Shown: piece by piece, positions 19,320-29,214 of the stretch
How the letters are laid out: every line of letters starts with the position of its first letter
Position numbering within the stretch: the first letter of the stretch is position 1
Assembly: GCA_964369115.1 (NCBI GenBank)
Contig: CAYJED010000001.1
Location: 67,732-131,731, forward strand
Source: an uncultured Candidatus Saccharibacteria bacterium
GTDB taxonomy: Bacteria > Patescibacteriota > Minisyncoccia > Phycocordibacterales > UBA5272
Reading direction: 5' to 3'
DNA length: 64,000 nucleotides
Notes under the pieces: generated by a model
Seen by the model: the letters and a program-made list of their open reading frames with translations, nothing else
Database searches by the model: none
Told to the model about the DNA's origin: nothing
Translations under genes and position numbers: made by a program

Positions 19320-20621
19320 ATGGTGAAGTATCGGTACATAGTTGTAACCTTTATCCTTGTAGGGTTTTTCTTTCTCTCTGAAACAGGAAAAGATGTTTCT
19401 TTTACACTTCACGCACAAACAGCTGAACAGTTAAAAGGAGATCTCGATGAGCTTTCTCAAAAAATTAAAGCACTTGATGATGAAATTAAGGCATATAATA
19501 AAAAAATAAGTGAAACTCAAGGTGAAGCAAAAACATTAAAGCAAGCTCTTGCTCAGCTTGAGACAAGAAGGACAGCTCTTAATAAAGATATTGATTACAC
19601 TAAGCTTCGTATACAAAAAGCAGAAGAAAATATTTCTTTTACTGAAGAAAAGATTGAGTCTACAGAAGACACATTAAACAGAACCAAAGCTGCGCTCTCA
19701 GAATCCTTTAGAGCTCTTAAACATAATGAAGAGTCTGTGCCACGTTTTGTGCGTCTTCTTGCGCCAAATGCAAAACTTTCAGATGTGGTTGATATCACCA
19801 AGCGTGAAATGGATGTTAACAAAGCTATAACAGAAAAAGCTGATGCGTTGTCAGATACTAAAGATGTTCTTGCTGTTCAAAAAGCTTCGTACGAGTCACA
19901 TAAGAAAAATCTTCTTTCTCTTAACCAGACACTAAGTAATCAGCGTCAGCTTGTGGATCAAACATCTAAAGATAAAAACTCTCTTCTTGAGAAAACTAAA
20001 AATCAAGAAACAGCATATCAGAAACTTCTTGCTGACAGAAAGAAAAAGAAAAATGACCTCGAAGCAGAAATGTTGGACGTTGAAGCAAAACTTAAGACAG
20101 TTGTTGATGTAAGTAAACTCCCTAAGTATGGAAAAGGGGTTTTGCGGTATCCGGTTGAAAAAGTGGTAATTACCCAATATTTTGGAAACACTCCATTTTC
20201 GAGTAAAAATCCACAGGTATACAACGGATCAGGTCACAATGGTCTTGATTTTGGTGTTCGTGTAGGTACGCCAATCCTTTCAGCAGCTTCTGGTGTGGTT
20301 GTGGGAAGTGGAGATACGGATGCTTCCTGTAATGGTGTCTCTTATGGTAAATGGGTACTTGTTAAGCATCAGAACGGACTTTCTACTCTCTACGCTCATC
20401 TTTCAGTTATAGGAGTAAAGACAGGACAGGAAGTAAAAGAAAGAGAGCAGTTAGGTCTTTCAGGAAATACCGGCTATAGCACCGGTCCACATCTTCACTT
20501 TACTGTATATGCATCAGATGCTGTTCAGGTTCAAAGCTATAGAAGTAAGGTGTGTGGCACCAATATGACTATGCCTGTTGCTCCACGTGCAGGATATCTT
20601 AATCCTCTCAGTTATTTGTAA
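19320..20621 (+). CDS. M23-family metallopeptidase with N-terminal coiled coil (EnvC/LytM-like murein hydrolase)
   Basis: Signal anchor, long coiled coil, and C-terminal M23 motifs HNGLDFG...YAHLS...GNTGYSTGPHLHF. Confidence 0.85.
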   Translation: MVKYRYIVVTFILVGFFFLSETGKDVSFTLHAQTAEQLKGDLDELSQKIKALDDEIKAYNKKISETQGEAKTLKQALAQLETRRTALNKDIDYTKLRIQKAEENISFTEEKIESTEDTLNRTKAALSESFRALKHNEESVPRFVRLLAPNAKLSDVVDITKREMDVNKAITEKADALSDTKDVLAVQKASYESHKKNLLSLNQTLSNQRQLVDQTSKDKNSLLEKTKNQETAYQKLLADRKKKKNDLEAEMLDVEAKLKTVVDVSKLPKYGKGVLRYPVEKVVITQYFGNTPFSSKNPQVYNGSGHNGLDFGVRVGTPILSAASGVVVGSGDTDASCNGVSYGKWVLVKHQNGLSTLYAHLSVIGVKTGQEVKEREQLGLSGNTGYSTGPHLHFTVYASDAVQVQSYRSKVCGTNMTMPVAPRAGYLNPLSYL

Positions 20622-20633
20622 TATACTGTTCTT

Positions 20634-20735
20634 ATGATTACTTTTACTATTCCAGCATTCATTCTTATATTGTTTACTACGTTTTTGGCTGGTGTAGCTT
20701 TTGGGGTGTATTTGATTTTAAATAAGATTAAATAA
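20634..20735 (+). CDS. Possible small hydrophobic peptide (33 aa)
   Basis: MITFTIPAFILILFTTFLAGVAFGVYLILNKIK: one TM helix, 12 nt after the M23 stop. Below the ORF-track cutoff and speculative. Confidence 0.25.
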   Translation: MITFTIPAFILILFTTFLAGVAFGVYLILNKIK

Positions 20736-20767
20736 AATTTTTTTCTGTCTCTTTTTATTTACTAAAG

Positions 20768-20795
20768 ACCCGCAACATCGAGGGTGTTTTTTAAA
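20768..20795 (+). terminator. Possible terminator
   Basis: accc...gggt short stem followed by gtttttt. Confidence 0.3.
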
Positions 20796-21771
20796 GTAAA
20801 TAAAAGGGGAGAAGGGGGTAGGGTTAAACTGAGCTAATCTCTAACTTAATAGGTGCAATTTTCAGAATATAAAGCCCCTATCAAAAAAAGAGAAATTAGA
20901 CTTTGCTTAAAACGGAGTGTTATTAAAAAGTAATTTCAACATGAGATCCATTTATGTTATGAGAAGTATATTAAAAATATTTTTTACACTTTTTATTTTT
21001 TCTAGATTAAGCCAAGTATCTGGTTAAAGAGAAAATCAAACAAGAGTTCCTTAAAGTGTTTATATAAGACTTATTCTGGAGTTTATAGTCGTAAAAGATA
21101 TATTGTGCGACATTAAGCATATAATAAAACCCTGCCTTATATTCCTTTATATATAAGGATTTTTTGAATTGTCTTTTATATCTTTAAAATAAGGAATATT
21201 TTTTTGAGATTAGTACGCCCTACTCTTTTAATTTGAGAAATTGTCCTTACTTACTATCTTTGAGTTGGTTCTGGTTTATGTATACATTAATTAAATATTC
21301 ATTTTTGTTTAGCTTAAAACCTGAAGTTAGTTAATCAAGCTCTACAAAAGCCTCTAAAATGACCGCTAGTAACCCTTAGATAGTAATTAGTGATCTTTCC
21401 TATGTCTAGCCGGTCTTTTAAAGATGTCTTTATATGTACAGATTAATTTACCAATTTATGTAAAGGCTTATGTGATGCCTGTCTTTTACTAATCTTAGTC
21501 TAAGTTTTTCGGTATTAAATAAAAATATTTTTATTTTTTACTAGATAAATTTATATTTGAATGCTTGCAGATGATCATTATGATTAGAGATATTCTAAAA
21601 TAAGAGTATCTATTTTACCCCTTTAATTTAAAGCCCTTTTTAACTATTAGATTAAACAGAATATTATTATATGTGGATAAATAGATATGATTAAGATAGT
21701 GTCCTTGTTAAAAAAACACTCACCTGAATATATTTTAGTGAGTGATTTTTTGTTACATTCATTAACTTTTA

Positions 21772-23040
21772 TTAGTCGCAGTTTGGAGTAAAGGTTGCAA
21801 GGAGTTCTTCTTTGGTGATGATTGTTGCTACATCTGATGTTCTCTCTTTTAGTTCAACCCCTCCCTTTTCAAGCGACTTATCTGAAACAACGATTCGCAT
21901 AGGAATACCTAAGAGATCACTGTCCGCAAACTTTTCTCCAGGACTTGCGCTCTCTCTGTCGTCAAAAAGCACTTCAACTCCACGAGATGTTAAGGTTGTG
22001 TAAAGTTCTTCAGCAAGTTTGTAACTTTCACTTTCTGTATCTTTTGAAAGGCTTACAAGATGAAGTGAGAATGGTGCAATCACTTCTGGCCATACGAGAC
22101 CTTTTTCATCAGCGAGAGTTTCTACAATAACCCCCATAACACGTGCTGGACCTATACCGTATGAACCCATCCATACTGGTTGCTTTTCTCCTTGTTCATT
22201 TGTGTAATGAAGGTCAAGTGCATCTGAAAAGCGAGTTCCAAGATTAAATATATTTCCTACTTCAGATGCTCTTACTATACGAAGTTCATCTTCTTTAACT
22301 CCTAGCTCAGCAAGCACTTCAGGAAGCATAACTTCTTTATTAATTGCTATACGCTTACCATCGTGAATATAAATGTCATCTTCACCCGCTTTACATACAG
22401 TTTGAAATTCATGTGAAAACTTAGAGAACATTCCACCTGAAGCAAAGGTTACATAAGTTAAATCTCCTATACCAAGACGATTAAAGATACGCACATAAGT
22501 CTCTTTTACGGTTTCGTAGTACTTTTCTTGAGCTTGTTTAGAAGTACAGAAAGAGTAAAGATCTTTCATAATAAATTCTCGTGTACGCATGATGCCACTT
22601 TTTGCGCGTGTTTCATTTCTAAATTTTGTTTGAAACTGATAGACGTATTTTGGAAGATCCCGGTAACTTCGAGTAAATTCCTTCACCATTCTTGTCATAG
22701 GTTCTTCATGAGTTACCCCAAGACCAAGCTCGGTATCGTTTTTAAGTTTTGTCTTAAACCATACATCAACTTTATCATCATCCCATCTGTCTGTGCTCTG
22801 CCAAAGTTGCTTATCCTGAAGAGCTGCAAGACTTACTTCATTTCCTCCAATTGCATTCATTTCTTCACGAATGATGTGCATAATATTTTCCAACACCCGT
22901 TTTCCTAATGGGAGAAAAGCATAAACACCTGCCATTTCTTTATGAATATAGCCAGCCTTTAAAAGAAGTTGAGCATTGAGAGATGTTTCGTCGCTTGGAA
23001 TTTCTTTACGTGTTTTTGTGAAAAGATGTGATTGTCGCAT
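21772..23040 (-). CDS. proS: Prolyl-tRNA synthetase (short form lacking INS editing domain)
   Basis: MRQSHLFTKTRKEIPSDETSLNAQLLLKAGYI at the N-terminus, class II core, and C-terminal anticodon-binding domain. 422 aa. Confidence 0.9.
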   Translation of the reverse strand: MRQSHLFTKTRKEIPSDETSLNAQLLLKAGYIHKEMAGVYAFLPLGKRVLENIMHIIREEMNAIGGNEVSLAALQDKQLWQSTDRWDDDKVDVWFKTKLKNDTELGLGVTHEEPMTRMVKEFTRSYRDLPKYVYQFQTKFRNETRAKSGIMRTREFIMKDLYSFCTSKQAQEKYYETVKETYVRIFNRLGIGDLTYVTFASGGMFSKFSHEFQTVCKAGEDDIYIHDGKRIAINKEVMLPEVLAELGVKEDELRIVRASEVGNIFNLGTRFSDALDLHYTNEQGEKQPVWMGSYGIGPARVMGVIVETLADEKGLVWPEVIAPFSLHLVSLSKDTESESYKLAEELYTTLTSRGVEVLFDDRESASPGEKFADSDLLGIPMRIVVSDKSLEKGGVELKERTSDVATIITKEELLATFTPNCD

Positions 23041-23057
23041 ATATCTAAATAGTATAA

Positions 23058-24164
23058 TTATCCCTTAATGTCATTTATGGTGACAATAATAAGAAGGAAA
23101 ATAAGAAGGAAAAATCCAATAATGTTTACCCAAGAATAGTACTTAAACGGAACTTTTCTTCGGATAACACTTTCGATTACCACAACTACAATTCTTCCAC
23201 CGTCAAGAGCTGGGAGTGGGAGAATATTAAAGATTGCTAAGTTAATTGAAAGCACTGCAATGAGTGTAAGGATTGCTGTATACCCATAATCACTTGTCTC
23301 CCCTACAACTTTAGCAATACCAACAGGACCAGAGAGTGAGTCGATAACACTTTCACCTTTAATTGCAGAAGAAAGAACACTTGTAAGACCTTCAACAGTC
23401 ATAACTGTTATCATGTAGGTTCTTTCGACTCCAAGAGCTATAGATTCAAAAAAGTTTACATCAACAGTCCCGATATTATCAAGAGCTATTCCAAGAGCTT
23501 TCTTATCTTTAACAATTCCATACACTGCTGCAACTGTGGTTGTTTTTTCTTGTCCATCAGGAGTAACATGCGTAATGGTAAACGGTGTGTTTTGGTGTAC
23601 ACCAATAAACGTAACTGCAGATGTTGCAGATGAAAGATCTGCTTTTTTGTTTCCGCTTACAACACTTACAAGTGCTGATCCTGGTGCGATACCTGCTTTA
23701 TACGCAGGGCTTTCTTCCGAGACTTCTGTCACAATAAGTTGCGCATTTTTTACGCGTGTACCATATTCTGGGTCGTCGACACTTAAGCGTACTCCGTTAA
23801 AAGAGATACCAATAAAAATAATAACAGCCAAAAGCATGTTCATTGTTACTCCTGCAATAAGTACAAGGAGTTGAGCCCATGCGGGACGGTTACCAAAAGC
23901 ACGAGGATCATCCACCTTCTTTTCTCCCTCACCACCATTCTCACCTAGTATGGATACATACCCTCCAAGAGGAAGTGCGTTTACCGCATAGGTTGTCTCT
24001 CCGACTTTCTTTGAAAATAATCTTGGAGGAAAACCAAAAGCAAATTCATCAACTCTCATGCCGACAAGTTTCGCAACAATGAAATGACCGAATTCGTGCA
24101 CAATAACTAATACCAATAAAATAAGAATAAATAAAAGGATCGCAGATATCGACATAATATACAA
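23058..24164 (-). CDS. rseP: Site-2 protease RseP-like (M50 zinc metalloprotease with PDZ)
   Basis: HEFGHFIVAK (HExxH) within the first TM, a central PDZ-like region, and C-terminal TM segments. Confidence 0.85.
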   Translation of the reverse strand: MYIMSISAILLFILILLVLVIVHEFGHFIVAKLVGMRVDEFAFGFPPRLFSKKVGETTYAVNALPLGGYVSILGENGGEGEKKVDDPRAFGNRPAWAQLLVLIAGVTMNMLLAVIIFIGISFNGVRLSVDDPEYGTRVKNAQLIVTEVSEESPAYKAGIAPGSALVSVVSGNKKADLSSATSAVTFIGVHQNTPFTITHVTPDGQEKTTTVAAVYGIVKDKKALGIALDNIGTVDVNFFESIALGVERTYMITVMTVEGLTSVLSSAIKGESVIDSLSGPVGIAKVVGETSDYGYTAILTLIAVLSINLAIFNILPLPALDGGRIVVVVIESVIRRKVPFKYYSWVNIIGFFLLIFLLIIVTINDIKG

Positions 24165-24298
24165 AGTATACCATATTTAAAGCTTTTTCTTATTTGCGCA
24201 CGTTGACATCTTTTAAGTAACATAGTAGTTTTCTTAGGTGGACAACTTTCGTTCTTTCTGTAACTTTATATCGTTTTTAGAAAAAGGAGTATGACATC

Positions 24299-24838
24299 AT
24301 GTCTTTCAAAATAAAAGCTTCCCTTCTCTTTCTTCTTGCTTTGCACCCTCTTGTTTCTTTTGCTGAAAATTCCAAAGAAGATTTTTCTGTTAATGGTTTT
24401 TTTGTAGAAGCGACAAAAGGGCTCACTACCTGCGTAGCGGTTAAGGTTTCTCGTTTTCCTATCTATATACAAGTAAGAACAAATAGACCAGAAGTATTTT
24501 TTGAAGAAATAAAAGAAGCGAGGCGCTGTGTTCGTGAGGTGCTTAAAATTGCACAAAGTAGTAAGCATACCTCTCGACGTATTTTCTTTGAAGGTTCGCT
24601 TTCTGTAATGGAGGGTGTTTTTCATTTCGGAGAACAACACTCTCTTGTTTGCAAAAAGTACGTAACGGGAAATGGAAGAGAATTGGCCTATGAGTTTTCT
24701 TTCCCTTTTATGTATCAAAAAGAAGTTGACTACTTTGTTCATGAAACACCAATGACAATGTGTTTAAACGAATCTCGTCCCCTTGTGTCACCTCGAGAAG
24801 AAAATAACTTGCAGCACCCTTCAATGCTTCCTGCTTAA
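24299..24838 (+). CDS. Hypothetical secreted protein (179 aa)
   Basis: AAGGAG SD; signal peptide MSFKIKASLLFLLALHPLVSFA. The overlapping antisense ORF 24266..24742 is low-complexity and was rejected. Confidence 0.5.
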   Translation: MSFKIKASLLFLLALHPLVSFAENSKEDFSVNGFFVEATKGLTTCVAVKVSRFPIYIQVRTNRPEVFFEEIKEARRCVREVLKIAQSSKHTSRRIFFEGSLSVMEGVFHFGEQHSLVCKKYVTGNGRELAYEFSFPFMYQKEVDYFVHETPMTMCLNESRPLVSPREENNLQHPSMLPA

Positions 24839-24847
24839 AAACAAAAC

Positions 24848-24888
24848 CCCGCAACCGTCTTTTACGTTGCGGGGTTTTATTGTGTGAG
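24848..24888. terminator. Bidirectional terminator between convergent genes
   Basis: ccccgcaac...gttgcgggg hairpin with flanking A/T runs on both sides. Confidence 0.6.
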
Positions 24889-24905
24889 GTATCTTTAGTG
24901 AGCGA

Positions 24906-25460
24906 CTATTCACCCATTACTTCCTTTTCTTTTTTATTAAAAAGATCTTCTAGTTCTTGGTTTGCTGCATCAACAATTTTCTGCATTTCTTCTCTGTACT
25001 TTCTCTGTTCGTCTTCTCCATAAAGTCCTTCCTTTGCTTCTCTGTCAATGGCTTTGTTATTTTCTTCACGCATTCCACGAATTTTAACGCGAGCATCTTC
25101 AAGTCTGTCTTTGAGAAGCTTTACAAGCTTTGCTCTTGTTTCTGTGGTAAGTGCCGGGAAGTGTACACGAAGCCCTTCTGCATCAGATGAAACCGAAAGC
25201 CCAAGATCTGCTTCATTGATAGCTCTTTCCATTTGTCCTATCACTGATTTATCCCACGGTGCAACGCGAAGCGTGCGAGGATCTTCTACGGTAATACTTC
25301 CGGTATGAGCAATTGGAGTGCGAGATCCATAAAGATCTATGTTAACTAGATCAAGAACAGAAGGTGTTGCTCTCCCTGTTTGAATTGTCTTGTATTCACT
25401 TTTAAGCCATTCTGTAATTGAGGTTTTTTGGGTGACAGCAGAAGAAAAATCGTACGCCAT
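24906..25460 (-). CDS. frr: Ribosome recycling factor
   Basis: MAYDFSSAVTQKTSITEWLKSEYKTIQTGRATPSVLD... is typical RRF. Start taken at the internal ATG 25460 rather than the track's extended 25574. Confidence 0.9.
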   Translation of the reverse strand: MAYDFSSAVTQKTSITEWLKSEYKTIQTGRATPSVLDLVNIDLYGSRTPIAHTGSITVEDPRTLRVAPWDKSVIGQMERAINEADLGLSVSSDAEGLRVHFPALTTETRAKLVKLLKDRLEDARVKIRGMREENNKAIDREAKEGLYGEDEQRKYREEMQKIVDAANQELEDLFNKKEKEVMGE

Positions 25461-25509
25461 AATAATTGTATAAGGTAAATTTAGTAAGAATGTAAAATAT
25501 TGTAGCCCA

Positions 25510-26154
25510 CTATTTGCTTTGTGGCAATAAAAGAGCTGTATACTCCAGAAGCTGTTTTCCTGAGGAAGAAACATCTCCAGCGTATGAAGCTATAGTAATC
25601 ATTCTCTCAAGATAAGGAAACATTTCTTCTTTTTCTTTGCTAGCAGCAACAATGTCAAGCAGAAAAAGTCTCACCCCTTCTCTATTTTTTCTACCCTCCT
25701 CATCAACCTCCTTAAGAAGTTTTTCTATAAAAGGTAACTTCATCCTTTCTGTCGGTGTAGTTATGAGAAATGTTGTACTCAGTGTAAAGCCTTTAGGCTC
25801 TTTTGCGGATGTTACATCAAAGAGACGTGAATAAAGTGTAGGAAGTAGCCCTTCTTTATTTGAAGTGAGAAGTATAAAACGTACACCTGTTTTTGGTTCT
25901 TCAATTATTTTAAGAAAGGCATTTTGCGCTGGGTGAGTGATTGAATGAAAGGAGATGAGTATGGTTTTATTATCATTACTTCCGTTAGCAAAAGTAATGA
26001 TATCTTTTACTGTTTCTATATCAAGAACCGTTTTTTCGTAGAGGCGGTTTGTATGACTTTGTTGTAAAATTTCCCACAGTTCAATTACTTTTTGTTTACG
26101 GTTATCTGAGGTGTGTAAAATTGCGTGATGTTGTATAGTGAGTAAGGAAGACAT
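25510..26154 (-). CDS. DNA polymerase III delta'-like subunit (degenerate AAA+ clamp-loader subunit)
   Basis: AQNAFLKIIEEP (cf. AxNALLKxLEEP) and TLYSRL (cf. TIxSRC). No intact Walker A. 214 aa. Confidence 0.5.
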   Translation of the reverse strand: MSSLLTIQHHAILHTSDNRKQKVIELWEILQQSHTNRLYEKTVLDIETVKDIITFANGSNDNKTILISFHSITHPAQNAFLKIIEEPKTGVRFILLTSNKEGLLPTLYSRLFDVTSAKEPKGFTLSTTFLITTPTERMKLPFIEKLLKEVDEEGRKNREGVRLFLLDIVAASKEKEEMFPYLERMITIASYAGDVSSSGKQLLEYTALLLPQSK

Positions 26155-26191
26155 AGTGGTGTGAGTATATCAAAATGCCACAAAGTATATC

Positions 26192-27205
26192 TTAACGTTT
26201 TGCAAAGATGCTACGTTTATACGTATCTAAATGTTCAAGAGCAATACCTGTTCCTTTTGCCACACAATAAAAAGCATCTGGTGCAAGTACTGCTTTTACT
26301 CCGGTGCGACGTTCTACGAGATCTGGAAAATGTCTAAGCATCGAAGAGCCTCCTGACATGATAATGCCGTTATCGATAATGTCAGATGCGAGTTCAGGAG
26401 GTGTCTCTTGAAGAACATCACGAATTGCTTTAATCATAAGCTTAAGTTCCTTGTCGATGGCTTTTACTATTTCGTTAGTTCTAATTTCAACGGTGCGAGG
26501 GAGTCCTGCAATAAAGTCTCTTCCTTTTACTTTGATTACAAGTTCTTCTTCTACAGGAAGCGCTGAGCCAATTTTAATTTTTATTTCTTCTGCGGTCTGA
26601 TCTCCAATTGCAAGATTGTAAGTCTTTTTTACATAATCAATAATCGCTTGATCTGTTTTTGTGCCAGCACATTTAACTGAAGTACTGCAAACAATTCCTC
26701 CAAGCGAGATAACTGCAACGTCAGTTGTTCCACCTCCAATGTCTACAATCATTCTTCCTTGTGCTTCATGAATTGGGATGCCTGCCCCAATTGCAGCTAG
26801 GATCGGCTCTTTTACAACGTAAGCATTTCTCGCTCCCGCTTTAAGTGCGGCTTCAATAACAGCACGCCTCTCAGTAGAAGTAACTCCAGCAGGAACAGAA
26901 ACCATTACGTCTGGCTTAAAGAGATTAAATCCCCCAAGAGCTTTGTTGATGTAATAACGAAGCATTGCTTCAGTTACACGATAGTCAGCGATCACTCCAT
27001 CACGCATCGGTCTATAGGCAATAATATTGTCTGGAGTCTTTCCAATCATTTCTTTTGCCTCTGTTCCAACGGCCAAAATTTTATTTCCACTTTCTGAAAT
27101 AGCTACAACCGACGGCTCAACAAGCACTACCCCCTTTCCTGGAACATATACAAGCGTGTTTGCGGTCCCTAAGTCAATACCGAGCTTCTTGAAGAAAAAT
27201 CCCAT
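26192..27205 (-). CDS. mreB: Rod shape-determining protein MreB
   Basis: IDLGTANTLVYV...DIGGGTTDVAV actin-fold motifs. 337 aa. Confidence 0.9.
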   Translation of the reverse strand: MGFFFKKLGIDLGTANTLVYVPGKGVVLVEPSVVAISESGNKILAVGTEAKEMIGKTPDNIIAYRPMRDGVIADYRVTEAMLRYYINKALGGFNLFKPDVMVSVPAGVTSTERRAVIEAALKAGARNAYVVKEPILAAIGAGIPIHEAQGRMIVDIGGGTTDVAVISLGGIVCSTSVKCAGTKTDQAIIDYVKKTYNLAIGDQTAEEIKIKIGSALPVEEELVIKVKGRDFIAGLPRTVEIRTNEIVKAIDKELKLMIKAIRDVLQETPPELASDIIDNGIIMSGGSSMLRHFPDLVERRTGVKAVLAPDAFYCVAKGTGIALEHLDTYKRSIFAKR

Positions 27206-27309
27206 AATTTCTTAATTATATCATAGATTTGAAATACAAAACATTTAAAAAAATACTAAATAAAAAGGGTTTTAAGGCACTTTTGATCTATCTTTGATAT
27301 ACTTTTAGT

Positions 27310-29172
27310 ATGTATATCCTCTCGGTTTCACCCTTTGTTGATGGTATCCCTTATGAGGAGCTTTCTTATTTCTCAAAACAAGAAGTTCAGCCGGGTGCTC
27401 TTGTTGAGGTGCTTATACGTAAACGAGTATGTCGGGCGCTTGTTGTAGAAAGCACTCCTCTTCATAAAGAAAAACAATCAATCAAGCAAGCTTCTTTTGT
27501 AACAAAAAAAATTATTAAAGTTATTAAAGATGACTTTCTTCCTCCTCTACTATGGAATGCAATTGCATACAATGCATCATGTGCTCTACGAAAACCTGGC
27601 ACCGTGGCGTATGATCTTATTTCAGAAAAAGCGTTCGCAACACTTTCTCATTTTCCTTTGCCAACATCAGGTAAAGGTTTTGAACTTCTTTTACTTGAAC
27701 AGAGTTATGAGTACAGAATATTGCGCTTCAAAACAACTATTCGAGAAATGTTTTCAAAGAAAAAATCTCTTGCAATCTTTTTTCCGACAGTGGTTGATTT
27801 AGAAAATGCTGTTCATTCAATTTCTAAAGGTATCGACGAGTATGTTGTAGCTCTTCACGGAGGGTTAACAGAAAAACAATACACGACAGCGCTCACTAAA
27901 CTTACCACCACAGAACATCCTGTAGTAATTCTTAGCACCCCTTCACTATTACCATGGCTACGTGAAGATCTTGGTGCAATTATTGTTGAACGTGAACATA
28001 GTCACTATTACTATACTCACGGTGATAATAGTTACGACATGCGACCTTTTCTTGAAGGGTTGGCAAAAGCTGTAAACATCCCATGTGTTCTTTCGTCTCA
28101 CATGATGTCTTTACGCGCTCATATGCTTCATCAAAGAAAGGATGCTCACGAAGTGATGCCCCTTCAGTTTCGTAATGATACTAATCTTACTGTCGTTTCA
28201 ATGACAGAAGAAAATCGAACAAGTAGCCCCTACTTATCTCGTCAGGCACTTTCTATTTTGCATGCAATAAAAAAATATAAACAAGGGCACTATTTTTTGT
28301 ATGCTCATCGTAAAGGCATGTATCCAACCACCGTGTGTAGTGATTGTGGTGAGCTGTTTACGTGTACAGCATGTAAACGCCCTTACGTTCTTCATAAAAT
28401 TGGTGGAGTACGAACCTATGTATGTCATGGGTGTGAATCTATTGTTCAAATTACAGAAGAGACGTCTCTTAACTGCAGGTACTGTGGAGGGTGGCGTATG
28501 GCAACACTTGGCATCGCAACGACAGGTATTGAAGAAGAGCTTTCTCGATTAGGGCTTCCCCTCTTTGTAATTGACGGAGAGCGTACACCAACAAAAGCAA
28601 AAGTGAAGAAGGTTCATAAAGAATGGCTAGATGCGCCGTACGGGATATTGATTGGTACTGAAATGGCACACAATATTGTAACCAAGTGTGACGGTATTAT
28701 TATCCTCTCTTTGGACTCTCTCTTTTCGCTTCCTGAGTACCGTACTGACGAAAAAATAATTAGTTTGGTTACTGAGATGTCTGAAAAAGTAGAACATGAT
28801 GAACATAATGATTCAGCTATCCTTCTTCAAACACGACTTAAACAAAGTCCTGTTATTAAGCACTTAACTACACCATCTTTTCGTGAGGTGTATGCTACGT
28901 TACTTAAAGAGCGTGAACAATTTATGCTACCCCCTTACTTTACGGTTGTTCGGGCATCATATGAAAATCTTTCAGATGATTTACGAAAACGTTTTCAGGA
29001 AGAACTTGAACCACATACTACCGTGTGGTTTGAGCAAGGGAAAGGTGTAACCCTTCTTTTTATTCATATAAAACAAACTGAATGGCACACTAATGATGAA
29101 GCAAGAGAAAAAGTTAAAAGAGTTACAGAGGGTGCCCACCCAACTGTAAATCCTCTTCATTTTTTCATGTAA
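27310..29172 (+). CDS. priA: Primosomal protein N' (PriA)-like, with degenerate helicase motifs
   Basis: N-terminal 3' DNA-binding-like region and a Cys-rich zinc-binding region (CSDCGELFTCTACKRP...CHGCES...CRYCGG). The Walker A position reads PTSGKGF and the DExH position reads IVEREHS. Confidence 0.55.
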   Translation: MYILSVSPFVDGIPYEELSYFSKQEVQPGALVEVLIRKRVCRALVVESTPLHKEKQSIKQASFVTKKIIKVIKDDFLPPLLWNAIAYNASCALRKPGTVAYDLISEKAFATLSHFPLPTSGKGFELLLLEQSYEYRILRFKTTIREMFSKKKSLAIFFPTVVDLENAVHSISKGIDEYVVALHGGLTEKQYTTALTKLTTTEHPVVILSTPSLLPWLREDLGAIIVEREHSHYYYTHGDNSYDMRPFLEGLAKAVNIPCVLSSHMMSLRAHMLHQRKDAHEVMPLQFRNDTNLTVVSMTEENRTSSPYLSRQALSILHAIKKYKQGHYFLYAHRKGMYPTTVCSDCGELFTCTACKRPYVLHKIGGVRTYVCHGCESIVQITEETSLNCRYCGGWRMATLGIATTGIEEELSRLGLPLFVIDGERTPTKAKVKKVHKEWLDAPYGILIGTEMAHNIVTKCDGIIILSLDSLFSLPEYRTDEKIISLVTEMSEKVEHDEHNDSAILLQTRLKQSPVIKHLTTPSFREVYATLLKEREQFMLPPYFTVVRASYENLSDDLRKRFQEELEPHTTVWFEQGKGVTLLFIHIKQTEWHTNDEAREKVKRVTEGAHPTVNPLHFFM

Positions 29173-29214
29173 GTCTTTACAAGACTGTTATTGTAGTGTT
29201 TTTTGTGATAGATT

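Noticed and set aside
20736-21771. dif/XerCD site or known ncRNA (tmRNA, SRP RNA, RNase P RNA) in the AT-rich gap
   Set aside because: No convincing 28-mer with XerC/XerD arm symmetry and no tRNA-like or conserved ncRNA motifs could be recognised by eye. Left as an open question in findings.
24266-24742. 158-aa minus-strand ORF overlapping the 24299..24838 plus-strand ORF
   Set aside because: Low-complexity, K/R/F-rich antisense translation with no SD. The plus-strand ORF has AAGGAG SD and a signal peptide.
25461-25574. Track's 5'-extended start for frr (and similarly for hpf 31759-31806, ftsW 15605-15658, ABC ATPase 53424-53492, hypothetical 2509-2586)
   Set aside because: The extensions add non-conserved residues before canonical N-termini (MAYDF..., MHIIITG..., MFKNVDK..., MLTVHNLKKYFG, MKLYAVDP with GGAGG SD). 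Internal starts were chosen.
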